Positions 33,062-43,782 are shown, counted from the stretch's first letter. The stretch: 64,000 bases of DNA from Saccharolobus solfataricus P2 (GCF_000007005.1 NC_002754.1); one strand, 5' to 3'. Translations and numbers: made by a program. The notes: generated from the letters alone by a model not told the origin.

Positions 33062-33244
33062 TAGTAGTTTTAGGAAATTCCCTTATTATAAAAAGTCAAA
33101 ATATTTATCCATGTATTTATAAATATCTTTCATTGTACTTCTTAATATTATAGCTTATCAATAAACATTTCTCATCTAACCGGAAAGATTTATTATATAT
33201 TTTTAATGTAACGTAAAAGTGTAACGATTTTCCTATAAATGCTA
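33062..33244. mobile_element. SM2-like MITE
   Basis: See 32135. Confidence 0.75.
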
Positions 33245-33760
33245 CCTGGAGAGGGCCAGGAAGCTGCTCTCCCTGGGGAGAACCAAGAGGAGGTTCGAGG
33301 GAAGGTGGACCAAGAAGAGAGGGGTCTCGCACTACGGGCTCAAGGCAGTGGCCATGATCTTCGTCTCCCTCTTCGTGAGGTCCATCACGGTGAAGCCAGC
33401 CAACTTCTCGGACAAGAGGTTCAAGTCACCGCTCAAGGGGATTAAGATCGCGGACAAGGGATTCTCTCCCTCCCCGACACAGCTCATAGCGCGGGAGAAG
33501 CCCTTCACTACCCTGAGGGCCCACGTGGAGTTCTTCGGCACCTACCTGAACGCGTTCTGGAGGCCCTACGGGACCACGACCTGGAGGAACGACGTCTTCC
33601 TTCACGTCCTGGGAGTGATCTACAACATCAAGATGTTCCTCGCGATCCAACGGAGGACTCCTCCAGGACGTAGAGCCGTTCAGCTCTGAGACGCGCCTCC
33701 TCGCGATCAGGCAACGCTATGCGCGATAGGTAAATCCTCTCGTCTTGATATTTTTCCATT
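33245..33760 (+). mobile_element. IS5-like transposase 3' fragment
   Basis: GC-rich; YGLKAV, IADKGF and RAHVE motifs. Confidence 0.55.
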
Positions 33761-33892
33761 ATAAAGTTTTTCTCGGTTATCCGGGTTTCACCCTTCTGGC
33801 AATATTAATATTTATCATTCTGTTTATCTATTCGTTCAGATAATTACATTCCGGACACTCTCACGTAAGGGATCTATAGTCTTTTTCTTAAT

Positions 33893-33959
33893 AGGCACTA
33901 CATGCTCCGCCTCTAACAAAGTGACCGTAGCAGATCGGGATTCTCTGCCACCGTAGGAG
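33893..33959 (-). mobile_element. 67-bp miniature IS110 (ISC1491-like ends)
   Basis: CT-CCTACGG left end, 30 unique bp, TTTGTTAGAGGCGGAGCATGTAGTGC-CT right end. Confidence 0.75.
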
Positions 33960-33989
33960 CTGCAAAGGGGACTAGAAGGGATTATCAAA

Positions 33990-36077
33990 CTTAGTGGGGA
34001 GATGCTGGAAAATGGATGTGCTTAGGACACTACTAGTTCAACCCAGCATCTCCCCAAAACATATTAGACAAAAAAAAGAATTATTAAAGATAAATGGATG
34101 TGCTTAGGACACTAAAAAGGAGGATCAGAAAGCTGATCGAAAAGAAGCCCAAGAACCTAAACGAAACCAAAGCAAGAGGAATATTACTATACTTGAAAGG
34201 AATGAACACTAGAAAAATAGCCAAGATACTACAAGTACACTTGAGCACAGTTTACAGATGGATCAACCAATTCGAGAAAGAAGGAGAGAAATGCCTATGC
34301 TACAAGAAGAGAAAAGGAAGAAACAAGAAGGTAGACGAAAAGGAGATAAAAGTAGAAGAACTTCAAGGTAAAAACATATGGGAAGCAAAGGCTTACATAG
34401 AGGAGAAGTTTCACGTTAAATTAAGCTATGTAACAGCTTGGAGAATAGCTAGAAAGAGATTGAAAATCCCCTACATAAAACCATATAACAAGAAGAGGCC
34501 CTTTAACGCAGATAACATCTTGAGGGAGAGGTTAAAGGGTGTTATTATACTTCGTCAGACTTTAAAGGGCAAGAAAACTTCACTCAGTATTGACGTCCAA
34601 AGGTTCACCGCACCTCTTCACACTATACGTAAGGTCATTTACTCTCTTGGATATGGAGCGTAGGAACCTCGTTGCATCCCACATTAAGGTCTCGAAGTCC
34701 GTGTAAATCTTCGAGTAGAGCCTTTTCTTGAGGACTGCCCACGGCCCCTCCGCCGGACTCTTATCCGGAGAGTAAGGCGGCAGATAAACAAACTCCACCC
34801 CATTTTCCTCAAGGAATTCCCTCACTTCATTACCGTGTATTCTAGCATTATCCATCACTATCACGGTCTTCTCGTCCTTTATTACCTTCCTCAAGTAGAG
34901 TATAATATCTTTTGAGTTCAGCGAGGGCTTCTTGTATGTCGAATAGGAGAAAGTTATTCCCTCTTTACTAATCGTTATCCCGCCTACTACTGCAAACCTC
35001 TTCCTCTTAGGGTTGACCTTTATCCCTCCTCCGACCTTCATCCAGCCTTTACCCTTGTTTATGTAGGACACGTACGACTCATCGAAGATGTGTACCTTGT
35101 ACCCTTCTCTTATTTTTTTAAAAGCTTCTCCCCTTGTTCCTTCACCCACCTTTCTACAGCGTTATCGTCTCTAACGTAAGTTCTCTTTCCTTTCTTGTAC
35201 TTGAAGCCTAACTTCTTGAGGACTGGGCTTAAACTCCTCGGGTTGTACTTTATCCCAAATTCCTTGTCAAGTATATACGCTATGAGCTTCAAGGTCCAGA
35301 AATCGTAGTTCAAGCCGAAATCTCTTGGGCTCTTTTCTAAGATTCGGACGAGCTTTTCCTCGTCCTTCAGTTTCGTGGGTCCCTTCCTCGGCTTAGCGCT
35401 CAGGTCACCTTTCCTCAACCACTTGTACACGGTAAAGATGGAGACGTCATACTTCTTGGCAACGTCCTTTATACTCATCCCGTTCCTCACATCTTTTACA
35501 GCGTTAATCCTCCTCTCTTCCTCTTGTTTCTTGTTGAGCCTTATACCGTGCATTCTGGATTTCGGCATAACAATTTAGTATTACTCATGAAATATAAATC
35601 TTGCTCTTTAAAGTCTGACGAAGTATAAGAAGGGTGTTAAGGTGTTTTTCACGGATGAGTCAGGTATTCATCACGATCCTTCCAAGGTTAGGAGATTGGG
35701 GTTGTATAATGTTCCCGTTGATTATCCCAGTAGGAAGCTTAATGTTCTCGCTTCTATTCCCTTGTTTGACGGTGTTCCTTGTTTCATGTTCACCTATTCC
35801 AATGTTAATTCCGAGATCTTTGCTGAGTTTCTTCGCTTGTTTAGGAATTCCGGTCCTATCGTGTTGATTCTTGATAATGCTAAGTTTCACAAGAATGCTT
35901 ATGTTTTCTCCGTTGCTTCTCAGCTCGGCATTACCTTGCTTTTCTTACCTCCGTATTCTCCGGATTTGAATCCGATTGAGTTGGTCTGGAAGGACTTGAA
36001 GCGCTGGGTTAATACTTATTATAATCTTGAGTACACTCTTGATTCGATGGAGGAGGAGTTCTATTATTTGTTTTTGA
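33990..36077 (+). mobile_element. IS630-family element split by a second IS630 and truncated by a MITE
   Basis: HTH ORF from 34094; FTDESG, ILDNAK, YSPDLNPIE ORF 35642-36121. Confidence 0.8.
34545..35628 (-). mobile_element. ISC1078-like IS630
   Basis: TIR TTATACTTCGTCAGACTTTAAAG; ORFs 35110-35568 and 34580-35149 overlapping at an A-run. Confidence 0.85.
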
Positions 36078-36405
36078 GGGAGTGTTCTCAAACAGTCATG
36101 AAATTCAAAAAACGTTTGTAAAAATATTGGAGTAGTATGGAAAAACGCTCGTTTAACGTTTAAGATATAGAAATTTGAACAAAGACATTATTTTAGAAAA
36201 GCTTATATGCAAGGCTTTTCGAGATCCATTCTAGTACTACCACAAAAAGATTTCATAACCCTCGCAAATAAACCTTTTTCAGAGGCCGTTTTTCACGTTC
36301 TAATTCCTTAGCTACATCTCAATTAAAACGATTAATTGTGAAAATTTCTAGTTTAATTTTATTTTACTATATAATATCGAATAAGATGACTGCATGAGAA
36401 CACTC
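36078..36405. mobile_element. 328-bp MITE, GGGAGTGTTCTCA TIRs
   Basis: Both TIRs present; partial copies at 4578, 6915, 29745, 38845, 50802. Confidence 0.75.
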
Positions 36406-36502
36406 CCTCATGTTGTAACCTTATTCTCTAATTTGTAATAAAATTATATCGTATCGACAGTTCTCTCAATTACTTGTTTTTAGAGGTAGCTAATAGAAAT
36501 AA

Positions 36503-36667
36503 GGGCGATTTAAGTCTCCTTTGCGAATTGCAATTTGTGAATAATATAGTTGTAAAAATGTTAATATTGGTAGTCGTGCATCTCTACTAGTTAGTTATCT
36601 TCATTTAGTTTATTTCATAGCAATCTTTAAAATAAAGTGAATTCGCAAAAGAAGCCCGAATCTACCC
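36503..36667. mobile_element. SM4-like MITE
   Basis: Homologous to the other copies. Confidence 0.65.
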
Positions 36668-36720
36668 TTAACTCTGTGTGAAAGTGCAACAGATCCATGA
36701 AGCACAATATTGGACCCAGT

Positions 36721-36990
36721 GACGTTGTCAAAGTTAGGTAGGATCGAATAATTATCATAACTATAATATTTCATATCATACTATTATACGCTAAATTCAA
36801 TCATAAAGAACAATATAATATATAATAAAGATCGAATAGAGATAATTGTACAGATTCACAATAAAATTTGCCGAAATCGTAACTAAACAATTAAACAAAC
36901 CAATCAATAAGCGAAGACCCTAATCCTAGTCAACAAGACCTCAAGGGCATGAAAGAGGTCAAGGAAGAAGACTTATATAGGTGGCTAATA
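36721..36990 (-). mobile_element. Relic of ISC1212-like IS5 end
   Basis: GACGTTGTC terminus; similarity to 49593-49860. Confidence 0.5.
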
Positions 36991-37104
36991 GTAAGCTTAA
37001 GATTCACCGTAAGATTTGGTACCAAACGCACAAATTCTTCCATTTAGTGTAACCTATTTGGATGAGAGTTTGATTTATAAGGTCTTATGTCCATATAAAC
37101 ATAT

Positions 37105-38097
37105 ATGAGTAGTGAAAGATTGATTGACGAGATCTTAAAGAACCCACAGCTTATCTCAGCACTGGCCGATAAAGTTTATGAAAAATTAAAGGACGAGATT
37201 GTAATAAGAAAATTAGAGGAAAACACAAAGAGCATTCAAGCCCTACAAGAGGCTATAAAGAGACATGGGGATGCGATAGTTTCACTCCAAGAGGCTGTAA
37301 AGTCCTTACAAGAGGAGGTGAAGAGACAAGGTGAAGCCATTGTATCACTCCAGAAGACTGTTGAAAAACAAGGTGAAGCCATTGTATCACTCCAAGAAGA
37401 GGTGAAGAGACATGGGGATGCGATAGTTTCACTCCAAGAGGCTGTAAAGTCCTTACAAGAAGAGGTGAAGAGACAAGGTGAAGCCATTGTATCACTCCAG
37501 AAGACTGTTGAAAAACAAGGTGAAGCCATTGTATCACTCCAAGAAGAGGTGAAGAGACATGGGGATGCGATAGTTTCACTCCAAGAGGCTGTAAAGTCCT
37601 TACAAGAAGAGGTGAAGAGACAAGGTGAAGCCATTGTATCACTCCAAGAAGAGGTGAAAAAGCATTCTAAAGCTATTCTTAGGCTTGCTAAGAGTCAAAA
37701 AAGACTTTCGATTGAGTTGGGTAGTTTCACTTCGAGGGCTGGTAAGGGGTTGGAAAGAGCCATGCTAAAACTTTATAAAAAGTCTTTAGAATTGCACGGT
37801 GTAGATCCCAAGAGAGTTAAACATGGCAATATTGTCGATACTGTTGGTATCATAGAGAAGGGTAGGTCCTTTGAGGTTGACTTTTACGAAACTAACGACT
37901 ACATCTACGTTTTCGAGATAAAGAACTTCTCTGATAAGGACGTTATTGACCAAGTTTTCGTAAGGAAGAAGTTGTTCTCGGTCTTGTATAACAAGCCTCT
38001 AAAAGTATTTGTTGTTACTAATTACATAGAGAGGGATGTTAAGGAGAAGCTTGAAAAGGAGGGAGTAGAGATTATTGCCTCCCACGTTATTGACTAA
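37105..38097 (+). CDS. Coiled-coil PD-(D/E)XK nuclease (DUF3782/DUF1626-like)
   Basis: Heptad stalk followed by EVDFY..YVFEIKN. Confidence 0.8.
   Translation: MSSERLIDEILKNPQLISALADKVYEKLKDEIVIRKLEENTKSIQALQEAIKRHGDAIVSLQEAVKSLQEEVKRQGEAIVSLQKTVEKQGEAIVSLQEEVKRHGDAIVSLQEAVKSLQEEVKRQGEAIVSLQKTVEKQGEAIVSLQEEVKRHGDAIVSLQEAVKSLQEEVKRQGEAIVSLQEEVKKHSKAILRLAKSQKRLSIELGSFTSRAGKGLERAMLKLYKKSLELHGVDPKRVKHGNIVDTVGIIEKGRSFEVDFYETNDYIYVFEIKNFSDKDVIDQVFVRKKLFSVLYNKPLKVFVVTNYIERDVKEKLEKEGVEIIASHVID
37261..37655 (+). repeat. 147-bp (49-aa, 7-heptad) tandem repeat, about 2.7 copies
   Basis: AGACATGGGGATGCG at 37261, 37408 and 37555. Confidence 0.95.
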
Positions 38098-38600
38098 TTT
38101 TTGTTGTAAATTATGAGGGAGAATGTTAATACTAAAGATTTAAAGAATAGGTCGAATTACTATTTCCATTAAGTTTATAGTCTAGTATTACTATGTAAAA
38201 ACAATATGAAAATTACGTCTATTGCAATGACCTAATAAAGCATATGGATCCTACAACTAATCATTCAATTTTCTTTTTAATCTAAGCTTATAAGTAACTT
38301 ATTGATGGATGATGAGGTATAATAATTTTCTGGAAACACTACGGTCTCCCTTAAGTAATACTCTCCAGTTTTACTTCAAGAGAAAATTCAAAATTTCTTG
38401 GTATCTTATCTTTTTTAATTTTTGAATAATTTTCTATAGACTCGTCCATAGATTCATTCAATTATTTGCACTTGGAACACTCTTTCTAGTGAAGAAGTGC
38501 ATGAGGGATTTGAGCAAATACTATGAGAACTCAATAGCGGGATATGAGTTAATGTTTGTTTCTACGTCATATTTATAGTATACTATCCATAGTATACTAC

Positions 38601-38830
38601 ATGAGTGAACTAATCTCCGTTAGGTTAAAAAAGGAAATAGTAAAGGAAATTGATGAGATAGTATCTAGAGGGATTTTTCCATCCAGAAATGAAGCGCTAA
38701 ACTTTCTAATGATACTAAGGTTTAAATGAAGTTAATAAATGGAAAAACGTTGTAAAAAATCTAAGGAGGTTAAATTCCCAACAATTGAAAAAAGCTTGGA
38801 AGACTTCCTTTCAGAAAGGGATAGGTATTG
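38601..38830 (+). pseudogene. Frameshifted RHH antitoxin relic (paralog of 772-1014); toxin replaced by MITE
   Basis: MSELISVRLKKEIVKEIDEIVSRGIFPSRNEALN. Confidence 0.6.
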
Positions 38831-39035
38831 AAATATAGGGAAAACTTGATGTAATTTTACTATATGACATCGAATAAGATGACTGCATGAGAACACTCCC
38901 CACTCTTTAACTGAGAAATTTGAATCAGAACACAAATGAGTTGGGGGCAACATTTTCATTCATTTGAAACCTAGTTTAAATCCCCTTATATCGCTTTCGC
39001 CAAATATTTTAATTGTGTAGTGTTGATATATATTA

Positions 39036-39734
39036 TTATATCCCTATATTGAAACTTGGACCACCTTGTTGACCTTGAGGTAAGTATGGCCTTAATGACG
39101 CTGCCAACTGTTCAACTGTCAATGTGTGTAACCATACTTTCCCTGGCCCTTCGATATCTACGAAGAACAGGCCTTCTCCAGAGAATAATATGGACTTTAT
39201 TCCTCCAACCCGCTGAATGCCATATCTCATACCTTCTTCAAATGCCATTAAATGAGCAGCTTCAACTTGCAACCTCTCTCCGGGGTCAAGGTATCTCTCA
39301 ATTAAGCCTCCGTAGGCGTGTAGGAATACATTCCCAGTTCCCCTAAACTTGGCCAAAAATATACCTTCTCCTCCCAACCATCCTACACTTAGCTTATTTA
39401 AGGTAGCATCATAATTTACACCGTTTTCCGCACATAAGAAAGAATGGGACTCCGCTAAAATTCCATTACCTTGTAGTTGTATTTGGACTATTGGGCCCGG
39501 GAAGACACCAGATAAGTATACTTCTCCTGGACCATAAAGTTCAGTTACAAAGAACGATCCGCCAGTTATCTCCCTCTTTAACGCACCGAAAAATCCGCCT
39601 CTCATAGTCGTCTTCATTGTTACTGAACTTTGTTTTGCGATCATGTGCCCAGCATCCACGTAAATTGCTTCACCTTCACCTAACATTACTTTTAAGTACT
39701 GTAAATCTTTTCCAAGAATTTCATACTGTGGCAT
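39036..39734 (-). CDS. TIGR00266/AIM24-family protein
   Basis: AGHM..MKT, GGEGIFLAKF, SGEGLF. Confidence 0.9.
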   Translation of the reverse strand: MPQYEILGKDLQYLKVMLGEGEAIYVDAGHMIAKQSSVTMKTTMRGGFFGALKREITGGSFFVTELYGPGEVYLSGVFPGPIVQIQLQGNGILAESHSFLCAENGVNYDATLNKLSVGWLGGEGIFLAKFRGTGNVFLHAYGGLIERYLDPGERLQVEAAHLMAFEEGMRYGIQRVGGIKSILFSGEGLFFVDIEGPGKVWLHTLTVEQLAASLRPYLPQGQQGGPSFNIGI

Positions 39735-39897
39735 GATCTCTACTCATATTAATAGTATATAAATTTTGATGAATCAACGATTTTTATCTCCTATTTTAGA
39801 AGTGAATAAACTCTTTAAACTACTTACATATAGTAAGTCTTATTTTTCCCGGTAATACCGAAGATCTTAAAAATTATTACTATAATTCCATTCTCCA

Positions 39898-40060
39898 GGA
39901 GGATTCAGACATCCATTGCGAATTCACTTTATTTCAAAAATTTCTACGAAATTAACTAAATGAAGACAACTAATTAGTAGAGAAACACGATTATCAATAC
40001 TAACATTTTTACAACGTATTATTTACAAATTACAATTCTCAAAGGAGACTTGAATCGCCC
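39898..40060. mobile_element. SM4-like MITE
   Basis: Flanks ATTCTCCA / TTTCTCCA (7 of 8 TSD). Confidence 0.7.
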
Positions 40061-40344
40061 TTTCTCCAAGAGTTTGGGTAAAATCAAGTATTACAGTATT
40101 TTGAAAAGATGTGGGAAGAAAGCTGAATGGAAATTTGAAGTTCCTCTTATGTAGTGTTAATCGTAATCACAAGCTGCTTAGTTGGTCTATTGAATTTTTT
40201 TCACTCAACAACTATATTATCTTTATTTCAGTTAATGTTAAATGTTTAAGTTGGGTTTGTAAAGAGTCTTAAAACCCGCAAAAATTCAGTAAGTTTAGGA
40301 AACAATCATAAACTAAAAACCTATAAGTTACTAAAAATGAAGAA

Positions 40345-41355
40345 TCATTCCAACAGTTCCTTTACCTCTCGAAATGTAGAGGGATTTCCTAAAACTACTA
40401 GTTGCTCTCCAATATTTAACTCTGTTTCCTTAGTGAAGAATGGATCTATCCTATTTCCTCTTATTATGGCTAAGGGTACTACGCCATCTGGTAAGTCCTT
40501 AATTCTCCTCTTTTTCGTAACGTGGAATATCCCTATAATCATGTCTCCAGATCTTTCTGGAAATATCAAACCTGCTATGTTTGTAGAGACTGCTGCACTT
40601 GCAGCTATTCTCCCAATTATATCTTCTCTGGATATTACTAAATCAGCCCCTGCCGTATTAAACAAATCCCTTAACGAGTCATCCCTAATTGCGACAATAA
40701 CTTGCAATGGTGGATTAAGTTTTTGTAATTTAAGCGTAACCAATAACGCTTCCATATCGTCTTCTAGCATGACTATTGCATTCTTAGCTTCTTTTACACC
40801 AGCACTTAGTAGGGTATTATCATCCTTGGGATCCCCTAATATTACGTTATCCCCTTTAATTTTATCTGCAATATCTTTAGACGTGGTCAAAACGATGTAA
40901 TCTATACTTAATCTATTTAATCTTCTTACGGCACTTAATAATTCACTGCCATTCCCTATTAGAATTGTATGCCCTTTCATATGTTTTCCCCTCCATCTTG
41001 CTTTTACATCATTCCATGTGGATCTGCTTATAAGTGTAGCTATTATACTTTGAACAATACTAGTATATAATCCCACGGCTAGAATAATCGTTAACGTTAG
41101 TATTATCTTCTCGTTTGAGGGCATTTGATATATATTTGGAGAGTATAGTCCTACAGTAGTTACAACGTTAACACCAGCGTAAATTGCTGAAATCCAATCT
41201 AAATGTTGATAAGTTATGAAAACTACAGCATTTATGAGGACTGCAACCCCTAAAAGGATGATTTGAACGTAAATCCTTCTAACAACAGAATACGGTGCGA
41301 CTAAATTTTCTAAAAGGGGTATTATAATCCTATTCCAAACTCTCTCCTTGTTCAT
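40345..41355 (-). CDS. 2-TM potassium channel-like protein with RCK/TrkA domains
   Basis: Pore helix ending TTVGLY, ILIGNG, ILGDPKD..LLSAGVKEA. Confidence 0.85.
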   Translation of the reverse strand: MNKERVWNRIIIPLLENLVAPYSVVRRIYVQIILLGVAVLINAVVFITYQHLDWISAIYAGVNVVTTVGLYSPNIYQMPSNEKIILTLTIILAVGLYTSIVQSIIATLISRSTWNDVKARWRGKHMKGHTILIGNGSELLSAVRRLNRLSIDYIVLTTSKDIADKIKGDNVILGDPKDDNTLLSAGVKEAKNAIVMLEDDMEALLVTLKLQKLNPPLQVIVAIRDDSLRDLFNTAGADLVISREDIIGRIAASAAVSTNIAGLIFPERSGDMIIGIFHVTKKRRIKDLPDGVVPLAIIRGNRIDPFFTKETELNIGEQLVVLGNPSTFREVKELLE

Positions 41356-41719
41356 AGCATACTTCCTCTAGCAGAAAGTGATATGCAAGTAGGAAAGATT
41401 TTTGAGAAAGAGCGAGAACCACTCTTTTTATGCATAAAACCTCTAAGGTATTCTAAACTAAAAAAATTTTAGGTACTAATCGTTTAAATGTCTAAGCGTA
41501 GATAACAAGTTCATTTATTTAAAATTAATTTAAACTCCTCTAGTATCGCCTTAGCTAAACGCATTAATTTTAATGAAATTTTGAAAAAGGATTTTAAAAT
41601 TACTACATCTTCTCCTCGTTAAAGCTAACCTATCGTTTAATTGAAAATTAACTAATACTTTATATGATTTATACTACATTAACAAAATTGTTGCCCTCAT
41701 CCTTTGCATTTATGGGTAA

Positions 41720-42130
41720 TTATTACTACGTTCGGACTATTAGGGGTGTTGTGACTATGATTATTCCTTTCTTCACGATAGCTTGAGGAATGGTTTTCAC
41801 GTATTAATAGTCCTGTTAACACGAGCGGTGTTGAGGAGATTGCGAGTAGGTACTTTAGAAGTAGGGTAGTTTATTTGCACGATGGTTTACCAGTTTACAA
41901 TGCCTTTGACTGGTTTAATGTTTGGCATAAGAGGGTTACGTTTGGATATAACGCTGAACAAGGATTTAGGACCTTAAAGCTTAGGCTCACCTCAATGACC
42001 TTTCCTTTGGAGTTCCAATAGGTTAACCAATTTGCTCAGACCTTCTTCCTAATCTACAACCTTCTTTACTCTCAAGTGTATTTAGTGGATAATGGAGTAA
42101 TAATAAATAAAATATTTCAAATGAATGAAA
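41720..42130 (+). mobile_element. IS6-like transposase relic
   Basis: YLHDGLPVYNAF and AEQGFRTLKLR motifs. Confidence 0.5.
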
Positions 42131-42169
42131 TTGTTGACTACACTCCTGCATACTTTAAAATATTGAGGA

Positions 42170-42445
42170 ACGAATCAATAAGGTGTGGGGAACATTAGAA
42201 TGGCGTAGGGTTGCTGAAGTGTCCCCGTACTATCTACATATCCTCGAGTTCTATAAAGGCGGGGGTGAGGAAATCACAGAGGGATAGGTAGGGGGGAATT
42301 GGACTGAAGATCAAGCCCGTGGTCTACTACTGGATGAATGGAGCGGAGTGGGTTAATCTCAATAGCTATGAAGTGATGAAGATGAAGGTAAACGCCAAAC
42401 CTGTGACCCATCCTAAGGGAATCCTTTAGGGTGGGGAAGAAATCA
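42170..42445 (+). mobile_element. tnpB: tnpB C-terminal remnant with IS605 right end
   Basis: GLKIKPVVYYWMNG..EVMKMK; ends TTTAGGGTGGGGAAGAAATCA. Confidence 0.65.
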
Positions 42446-42484
42446 ATACAATGATAGACACTGAATACTTCTGTTAATAAGACG

Positions 42485-43184
42485 TTAATCGACAACATAT
42501 GAGGCTATAATCTCAACTCCCTCCTTCTCAAGCTTCTCTTTAACTTCCCTTTCTATATAGTTAGTAACTACAAATACTTTTAAAGGTTTGCTGTAAAGTG
42601 CTGAGAATAACTTCTTCCTTATGAAAACTTGATCAATAACGCCCTTATCTGAGAAGTTCTTTATCTCGAAGACGTAGATATAATCATCAGTCTCATAGAA
42701 GACGACCTCAAATGACCTGCCTTTCTCTATGATACCAACAGTATCAACGATCGTACCGTGTTCAACCCTCTTAGGATCTACACCATGAAGTTCTAAAGCT
42801 TTCCTATAAAGTTTTAACATTGTCCTTTCAAACCCTTTACCGGCCCTAGAAGTAAAACTACCTAACTCAACTGAAAACTTCTTTTGACTCCTAACTAGTC
42901 TAAGAATGATCCTGGAATGTCTTTCAATTCCTTTTTGGGAGAGAGACTATTGCTTCTCCTTGCTTTTTGACTTCTTGCTGTAATGACGTAATAGCCTCAC
43001 TGTGCCTCTTAACCTCTTCTTGCAAGGATCTTATTGTCTCTTGTAAAAGCTGAATGCTTTTAGTATTTTCTTCCAATCTCTTTATCACTATTTCATCCTT
43101 TAATTTTTCATAAACTTTATCAGCTATTGCAGAAATTAGATGTGGGTTTCTAAGGATTTCATCAACGACCTTCTCACTACTCAT
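42485..43184 (-). pseudogene. Coiled-coil PD-(D/E)XK nuclease paralog, +1 frameshift at ~42935
   Basis: Both halves align to 37105-38097. Confidence 0.9.
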
Positions 43185-43297
43185 ATATTTTTGTATATGT
43201 AAAAGAGTTTAAAAATCAATCTTTGACAAATGAGTATTACTAGTAGTTTCTTGAAAACAGTGCGTAACATATATACCATTTTTTATACTAGTCATCA

Positions 43298-43347
43298 GTG
43301 AGCTACCCTGCCCTCACGGAAGGGGACTTTCGCCCCCTTAACCCCCA
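43298..43347 (-). mobile_element. 50-bp IS605 mini-element
   Basis: TGGGGGTTAAGGGGGCG..GGGTAGCTCAC, same ends as 25197-25513; preceded by CTTAA. Confidence 0.6.
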
Positions 43348-43365
43348 TTAAGATAAAAGTATCTT

Positions 43366-43782
43366 ATGAGTAACGAAGAGATAATTGATACTATAATTAA
43401 GAGCCCCCAACTAATATCAGCGTTAGCTGAGAAAGTTTATGAAAAACTTAAGGATGAAATAGTGATAAAAAGCTTGAAGAGAACACTCAAGCAATAAAAC
43501 AATTACAAATAACAGTAGTTGAATCGCAAAAAATATTAATGAACACAATAGGGTTTTAGGAGAATATTCGAAAGCTATACAAGAATTGCAGAAAGCGGTA
43601 AATGAGCATTCTGAGGCAATAAGAGGTTTACAGAATGCAGTTATTGAGCATTCGAAAGTAATACAAGAACTAGTTTACGAACATAGGAAGCTCTCGGTAG
43701 AAATAGGAGTTTTACTAATAGGGCTGGTAGAAATATGGAGAAGACTATACTAATGCTCTATAAGAAGGCTCTAGAACTACAC
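43366..43782 (+). pseudogene. Third coiled-coil nuclease paralog, frameshifted and truncated
   Basis: MSNEEIIDTIIKSPQLISALAEKVYEKLKDEIVIK. Confidence 0.8.

Noticed and set aside
34533-35640. Apparent 10-bp duplication (AAGGGTGTTA) around the ISC1078-like element
   Set aside because: Junction is imperfect and could be local rearrangement; not enough to claim a non-TA TSD
37236-37642. Repetitive 132-aa and 129-aa minus-strand ORFs
   Set aside because: Antisense shadows of the heptad repeat
37261-37655. Tandem repeats as a CRISPR or DGR locus
   Set aside because: No spacers, in-frame coding, no reverse transcriptase
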